This document shows positions 5,936 to 10,822 of a stretch of 10,822 bases of DNA, one piece after another (within the stretch, counting starts at the first letter, position 1; each line of letters opens with the position of its first letter). A program made the translations under genes and the position numbers. The DNA is from a candidate division WOR-3 bacterium (GTDB lineage: Bacteria > Hydrothermota > Tepidihabitantia > Tepidihabitantales > Tepidihabitantaceae). Location: assembly GCA_039801225.1 (NCBI GenBank), contig JBDRUH010000050.1, positions 1-10,822 of the forward strand. Direction: 5' to 3'. The notes beneath the pieces are model-generated. The model searched no databases. It worked only from the letters and a program-made list of their open reading frames with translations, and was not told the DNA's origin.

Positions 5936-7046
5936 GAGTTTTTTCCGCCACAAGTGGCCAGGCATAAAGTTTGACTCGTTCCAATGCATTATTGATTAAT
6001 TCACATCTAAGTTTATCATTAATTAATACTTGAACAATTAACTGAGAAAGAGATTTAATATCATTTGGCGGACAGAGAAGACCGTTTATTCCATCCTGCA
6101 CCGTCTCATCATAACCAGGAATGCGGGAGGCGACAACCGGCACACCACAAGCCATCGCCTCAAGGAGAACAACCCCTTGAGTTTCACCACCTAATGCAGG
6201 AGAACAGAAGACATCGGCGTTGTGATAATAATTAGGCAAGTCAGATTGGGATACTGCCCCAACGAAATCTACCGCTTTTGCTATTCCTAACCGCTGAACG
6301 AGTATCTGACAAGCCTTATCCATAGGACCTTTACCTACCACTATTAACCGGGCTTCGGGAAGGAATTTTAAAATCAAAGGCATTGCCCGGATGAGCACAG
6401 TAACCCCCTTTCTCTTGTCCAGCCGACCAACAAAAAGGATAGTAGGACTGCCTGAAGGTTTTCGCCGGTCTATTAAGGGTGAGAACCGTGTTAGGTCAAT
6501 ACCGGAGGGGATAATCCGATATTCACCGGGGAGGTAATGCTCAATTGCCGCCTTGGCACGATTAGAGATGGCGATACGACCATGAATTTTTTTGATTTGG
6601 TGCCGGAATAAAAGCCGGAAAAGACCACTGTAACTGGTGTGAATTTTAAAACCAGCGGTGAGAAAGGTCACGAGATTTACCGCATTGCTATAGTGTATTG
6701 CCCAATAAGAAATTTCCGGCCAGAACAGACCATGGCAGTGGACTATATTAAACCGGTTCCGGGAAAGAAACTCGGCCACCTGATTGGGCAGATTCCATCC
6801 TACAGGCAGGGTGGCGTAAGAACGGTTAAGAGGAACTAAAACCGCCCGCCCAAATCGGAAGACCGGCACCGGCTCATCAAATGAGGTTCTTAGATGAGAA
6901 TAATTGGGGAAGTTCGTAGTCAAGATGGTAACATCCTGACCAAGATTTTTCAATGCGACAGCAAGGTTGTAAATATGTTCTGATACTCCAGAAGGATAGG
7001 GACGATAAGCGGCAGAGACAAGGCAAATTCGCAGATAGTTTTTCAT
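5880..7046 (-). CDS. GT4-family glycosyltransferase, PimA-like (second paralog, 388 aa)
   Basis: Motifs: YPSGVSEHIYNLA, GRAVLVPLNRS, LFVGRLDKRKG and SPALGGETQGVVLLEAMACG (E-x7-E). ATGA overlap with the upstream paralog at 7043-7046. Confidence 0.93.
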   Translation of the reverse strand: MKNYLRICLVSAAYRPYPSGVSEHIYNLAVALKNLGQDVTILTTNFPNYSHLRTSFDEPVPVFRFGRAVLVPLNRSYATLPVGWNLPNQVAEFLSRNRFNIVHCHGLFWPEISYWAIHYSNAVNLVTFLTAGFKIHTSYSGLFRLLFRHQIKKIHGRIAISNRAKAAIEHYLPGEYRIIPSGIDLTRFSPLIDRRKPSGSPTILFVGRLDKRKGVTVLIRAMPLILKFLPEARLIVVGKGPMDKACQILVQRLGIAKAVDFVGAVSQSDLPNYYHNADVFCSPALGGETQGVVLLEAMACGVPVVASRIPGYDETVQDGINGLLCPPNDIKSLSQLIVQVLINDKLRCELINNALERVKLYAWPLVAEKTLNYYLELLGYAERVTTSR

Positions 7047-8182
7047 AATAGGCTCTGGTACACCTCTTCAACCTTTTTAGCGATAACCGACCAAGAGAAT
7101 TGAGCCACATAGGCTAAACCCTGCTGACTTAAGCGTTGGCGCAACTCCGGAGAATCTAATAGTTGAATTATCGCATTTGCCAGAGCCCGTGAATCACCAG
7201 GAGGAACTAAGATGCCGGTCTCGTTATGGGTTAACACCTCAGTGTATCCTGGAATGGCGGAGGCGACTATCGGTTTTCCTGCAGCCAGTGCCTCAAGAAG
7301 AACAATACCCATTGCCTCGCCACCAAGTGCTGGAGAGACAAAAATCGTGCATCCAGAATAGTAACCAGGAAGTTCTTCTGGCGCAACCTGCCCAGCAAAG
7401 ATGACTGAGCGTTCAATACCCAAGGCGGTGCAGAGTTTCCGGGCTCGGTAAACCAAAGGACCAGTTCCTACTACCACCAACTTTACCTTGGGGTGAACTT
7501 TAAGAATCGCGGGCAAGGCAGAGAGAAGGACTATCAGCCCTTTTCTTAAGTCCAGCCTGCCGACATAGAGAATGAATTGGTGTTCAGAACTCAAACCTGC
7601 TGCTGGTGGAACATCAGGACGGAAAATATTTATGTCAATGCCGTTAGGGATAATATGGTAGTCTCCTGGGAACCAGGCTTCAGACCATTTGCGGCACACC
7701 TGTGATACCGCAATTTTGGCACGAATTTTTTGAGTTATTTTGGGAAAAAGAGTCTGAAAACTTTTCCGGACGAAACTGGGGAATTGCTTCCTTAAGGTGT
7801 GGAAGGTAACAACCACTGGAGATGGGGCATAGTTAATCGCCCAATAGGCAAGTTCTGGAGGAAACACCCCGTGGCAGTGAACAATTTCAAACCGGTTGTG
7901 AGAGAAAAACCGCTTCACCTGAAAGGGAAGTTGATAACCTACTGGCAGGACAAAACGGGAACGGTTAGAAGGAAGAATAAGCGCCCGTCCCAGACGGGTG
8001 ATGGAAAATGGTTCTTGTGAAGCGGAAGGTAAGTAACTGTTTGGAGGAATTTGGGGGTAATTGGTGGTTAAAATATGAGTCTGATGACCCAGACGGCTGA
8101 GTTCCTGCGCAAGATGGTGGATGTGCTCGCTTACTCCAGAAGGGTAAGGTCGGTAAGACGATGAGACCAAGAGAATCCGCAC
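7043..8182 (-). CDS. GT4-family glycosyltransferase, PimA-like (first paralog, 379 aa)
   Basis: Motifs: YPSGVSEHIHHLA, GRALILPSNRS, VTFHT, LYVGRLDLRKG and SPALGGEAMGIVLLEALAAG (E-x7-E). GTG start lies 2 nt after the dut stop. Confidence 0.93.
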   Translation of the reverse strand: MRILLVSSSYRPYPSGVSEHIHHLAQELSRLGHQTHILTTNYPQIPPNSYLPSASQEPFSITRLGRALILPSNRSRFVLPVGYQLPFQVKRFFSHNRFEIVHCHGVFPPELAYWAINYAPSPVVVTFHTLRKQFPSFVRKSFQTLFPKITQKIRAKIAVSQVCRKWSEAWFPGDYHIIPNGIDINIFRPDVPPAAGLSSEHQFILYVGRLDLRKGLIVLLSALPAILKVHPKVKLVVVGTGPLVYRARKLCTALGIERSVIFAGQVAPEELPGYYSGCTIFVSPALGGEAMGIVLLEALAAGKPIVASAIPGYTEVLTHNETGILVPPGDSRALANAIIQLLDSPELRQRLSQQGLAYVAQFSWSVIAKKVEEVYQSLL

Positions 8183-8184
8183 TC

Positions 8185-8646
8185 TTAAAATCTATTTTGG
8201 CTCTTGCCGGTAGTTCCAGTATGACCAAATCCTCCGGTGCTGCGCTTGGTAGGAGAAAGAGCCGTTACCTCTTCAAATTTCACGGGCACAGTTTTAGTAA
8301 ATACTATCTGGGCGATTCTATCGCCCGGTTTGATTACAAAATCGGTACGAGAGACATTAAAAAGAACAACTCTAATTTCTCCCCGGTAGTCTGAATCAAT
8401 TGTGCCCGGGCTGTTAAGGATGCCGATTCCACAATGAAGCGCCAGACCAGAACGAGGGCGAATTTGTGCCTCCATACCTTCGGGTAACTCTATGGCAATT
8501 CCAGTTCCAACCCCACCAAATCCACCCTTTTTGATTACTGCCGACTCGGCAGCAAATAGGTCAAAACCGGCAGCGCCCGAAGTTGCCCGGTAAGGAAGGC
8601 AGGCATTTTCTTTTAGACGGAGAATGCGGACTTTTAATGGTTTCAT
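8185..8646 (-). CDS. dut: Trimeric dUTP diphosphatase (about 153 aa from ATG 8646; alternative ATG 8652)
   Basis: All five motifs are present: AGFDL, RPRSGLA, GTIDSDYRGEI, DRIAQIV and RSTGGFGHTG. ATG 8646 forms an ATGA overlap with the acyltransferase stop. Confidence 0.97.
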   Translation of the reverse strand: MKPLKVRILRLKENACLPYRATSGAAGFDLFAAESAVIKKGGFGGVGTGIAIELPEGMEAQIRPRSGLALHCGIGILNSPGTIDSDYRGEIRVVLFNVSRTDFVIKPGDRIAQIVFTKTVPVKFEEVTALSPTKRSTGGFGHTGTTGKSQNRF

Positions 8647-9506
8647 TGCCATTCCGCCTTAAAAACTAACCACTGGTCAGGATAACGCCGGATAATTTCA
8701 TTAATTCGTTGGGCGATAAGCCGGGTTAAGTTAACAATGTCATCCTCCAAATTTCCTGTAGGATGGAAGTCAAAAGGTTCTTCAATAACACCAAGATAGG
8801 GTGGGTGGTTGGTACGGTCTTGACGCACAAAATAACCAAGAACAATCGGAACATTATAACGCAGTGAATAGACCGCCGGTCCCTTAGGAAAGGAACGCTG
8901 GGCATCAAATGCCGGGCAGAGGATACCTTTCTTGGTTAGGTCCCGGTCAGCAACCAGAGCGAGAACCCGTCGGCGCTCAAGCGCATTTTTAATTTGTTCC
9001 CGTTCGGTAAGCGGGATTGTTTCCATTGCACAAACGCTGCGATACCGGTTGAATGTTTTCATCCATCCCCCCGGCACCGGTTCTACTACCGCAGAAATTG
9101 GATATCCCAGAGCGGTAAGAAACACTCCAGCCAGGTCCCAGTTACCAATATGACCGGTTACGAGAATAACCCCGATTCCCTTTGCCAAAACCTGATCAAA
9201 TGTAGCGCTGTTAAAATCGGCAAGCTGAACAACTCTTTTTTTTAATACTGGCACACGAAGCAGGTCAGCATAAAAGACCGAAATATTTTTAAACGCCTGA
9301 AGGGTGGTTTGTTTAAGAAGTTTTTCTGGCGCACTCGCGCCAAAGATATGACGATAGTTCTCAATTAGCCGGTGGCGCTGACGCCGGTTTATATGGTAGG
9401 CGAGAAATCCAGCGCATAACGCAATCCGCACCACCAACCACCGCGGCAAGACAAATTGAATCAAAGTTCCTAAAGGGAATAGCCAGGTAAGTGGCTTATT
9501 TCGCAT
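8643..9506 (-). CDS. Lysophospholipid-acyltransferase superfamily protein (LpxL/PatA group), PatA-like (about 287 aa from ATG 9506)
   Basis: HX4D motif GHIGNWD, plus ALVADRDL, FPKGPA and IRRYPDQW. ATG 9506 overlaps the RNase H 3' end by 11 nt, whereas the track's start at 9557 would overlap it by 62 nt. Confidence 0.88.
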   Translation of the reverse strand: MRNKPLTWLFPLGTLIQFVLPRWLVVRIALCAGFLAYHINRRQRHRLIENYRHIFGASAPEKLLKQTTLQAFKNISVFYADLLRVPVLKKRVVQLADFNSATFDQVLAKGIGVILVTGHIGNWDLAGVFLTALGYPISAVVEPVPGGWMKTFNRYRSVCAMETIPLTEREQIKNALERRRVLALVADRDLTKKGILCPAFDAQRSFPKGPAVYSLRYNVPIVLGYFVRQDRTNHPPYLGVIEEPFDFHPTGNLEDDIVNLTRLIAQRINEIIRRYPDQWLVFKAEWQ

Positions 9507-9933
9507 CTCGCATACTTCCTGACGCCCGCTTTGCCAGCCGATCCGCCCGGTTTTCACCCCTCTCCACCAAAGTAATTTTTACATTGGGAAGACACTTAAG
9601 CAAAAGCAAAGCCTGTTTATGAAGTAGTTTCAGTTTTTGGTTTCGGACCCGGTATTTGCCGTTAATCTGCTGGTAAAGCAACTCCGAGTCGGTTTGTATA
9701 ACCACCGGCTGCTGGATGCCGAAACACCTAATTTCCTTGAGCGCCTCAATGAGCGCCTCATATTCCGCCTGATTGTTTGTCTTTATGCCGATTGACCGGC
9801 TGATTTCTTTTATAACGCTGCCATCCGGTGCCACCACTCTGATACCAATTCCGGCTGGACCGGGATTATAACGGGATGAGCCATCAATTTGAACAATAAG
9901 TTCATTGCTAATTTTGCCTTCAGCAACCGGCAC
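9496..9933 (-). CDS. Ribonuclease HI family protein (archaeal-like / Rv2228c-N / YpdQ type)
   Basis: Motifs IDGSSRYNPGPAGIG, TNNQAEYEAL, TDSELL..QING.YRV and ENRADRLA supply the D-E-D-D catalytic set. GTG start lies 2 nt after the upstream stop. Confidence 0.92.
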   Translation of the reverse strand: MPVAEGKISNELIVQIDGSSRYNPGPAGIGIRVVAPDGSVIKEISRSIGIKTNNQAEYEALIEALKEIRCFGIQQPVVIQTDSELLYQQINGKYRVRNQKLKLLHKQALLLLKCLPNVKITLVERGENRADRLAKRASGSMRDAK

Positions 9934-9935
9934 TT

Positions 9936-10664
9936 TTACTTTCGGGCAGAAGTGGTATTTTCCTTCACCGGTAGAAGAATCCTACCGCAACTCTCACAGA
10001 GGTAAATTTTATCCTCACGCTCTATCTCCAAGAGACGTTGTGGGGGGATTGGACTAAGGCAGCCATTACAGCGTTCGTTTTCGGTGGTCGTTACTGCAAG
10101 TCCACCCTTACTTTTGCGGATTCTTTCATAACGCAGGAGGAGTTCCTGGGGAAGTCGTTCGGCGACTTCGGTGCGTCTTTTTTCCCGTTGGACAATTGCC
10201 TCATTTATTTCTTCCTTTTCCTTATTTAAAAGTTCAATTTTTCGCTTAGTCTCCTTCTCTATTTCACCAATTGACTTTTCTGAGCTCTTAATTTCTTTTT
10301 CCAGTTCTTCCGCCTCCTCCATCAGGGCAATTAGCCGGTCTTCAATCTCTGCCTGAAGGCGTTTTTGCGTCTCAATCTCTTTTAAAAATGCCTTATACTG
10401 CTCGTTGGTTTTCACCGAGTAGAGCTGAGCGGAATAGGTGGCGATTTTTTCTTCGGCGGCACGGAGGTCAACTTCAGCGAGTTTGTACTGCTTTCGGTGT
10501 TCGTTTAAAGCTCTTCTTTTTGACTCCAGGCTATTTTTTGACTCCTCAAAGTAGCGATTGAGCTCTTCTATCCGCTTTGGTATTCTATTCAGTTTTTCTC
10601 TTAAAGTCTTTAACTCAAGGTCTATCTCCTGCAATATCCGCAAGTTAAGGAACTTTTCTTTCAT
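9936..10664 (-). CDS. C4-type zinc-ribbon / long coiled-coil protein (DUF164, CT398/HP0958/Rv2229c-like), 242 aa
   Basis: N-terminal LQEIDLE, an E/K-rich coiled coil containing VKTNEQYKA..KEIE, then YERIRK..GGLAV, CNGC and CESCGRIL. This family is known to sit next to RNase HI. Confidence 0.92.
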   Translation of the reverse strand: MKEKFLNLRILQEIDLELKTLREKLNRIPKRIEELNRYFEESKNSLESKRRALNEHRKQYKLAEVDLRAAEEKIATYSAQLYSVKTNEQYKAFLKEIETQKRLQAEIEDRLIALMEEAEELEKEIKSSEKSIGEIEKETKRKIELLNKEKEEINEAIVQREKRRTEVAERLPQELLLRYERIRKSKGGLAVTTTENERCNGCLSPIPPQRLLEIEREDKIYLCESCGRILLPVKENTTSARK

Positions 10665-10694
10665 TTAATTGCTGCTCGGGGATAACTATTAAAA

Positions 10695-10770
<76 letters not shown>

Positions 10771-10778
10771 AATTGTGT

Positions 10779-10808
10779 TTGAACAATTCAAATCATATTA
10801 ACTATAAT
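10779..10808 (+). promoter_or_regulatory. Possible divergent promoter pointing out of the window
   Basis: TTGAAC (10779-10784), 18-nt spacer, perfect TATAAT (10803-10808). The context is AT-rich and the downstream gene is not visible. Confidence 0.4.
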
Positions 10809-10822
10809 TGATTTTCTATTTT

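Noticed and set aside
5143..10356. Remaining short overlapping ORFs (5143-5346, 5412-5663, 6639-6839, 6877-7110, 7177-7404, 7799-8020, 7965-8228, 8161-8394, 8726-8908, 8932-9153, 8994-9245, 10038-10229, 10171-10356)
   Set aside because: They are alternate-frame or antisense shadows of well-supported genes, with no independent evidence.
10674..10681. CCCCGAGC (- strand) matching 279-286
   Set aside because: An isolated 8-mer match 10 kb away with no shared flanks is compatible with chance.

Overview
Bacterial chromosomal window made up mostly of housekeeping genes. The lineage cannot be fixed from sequence alone. On the left (- strand) are the N-terminus of an isochorismatase-family hydrolase, a 130-nt heptamer-periodic palindrome bracketed by a 9-bp direct repeat, a nitroreductase, tRNA-Arg(CCG) and an EamA/DMT transporter. 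In the middle (+ strand) is the metG-tatD-rsmA operon. On the right (- strand) is a tightly coupled unit: tRNA-Val(GAC), C4 zinc-ribbon coiled-coil protein, RNase HI, PatA-like acyltransferase, dut and two tandem PimA-like GT4 glycosyltransferases, which converges on and overlaps rsmA. The best candidates for undescribed biology are: (i) a PatA + 2x PimA-like module, suggesting an acylated phosphatidylinositol-glycoside (PIM-like) lipid pathway without an adjacent pgsA; (ii) the structured intergenic palindrome; (iii) apparently leaderless divergent promoters; and (iv) a possible internal start in metG that would yield a free Trbp111-like protein. No transposase, integrase, CRISPR array or defence gene is visible. 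All motif and identity counts were done by eye, with no database searches.
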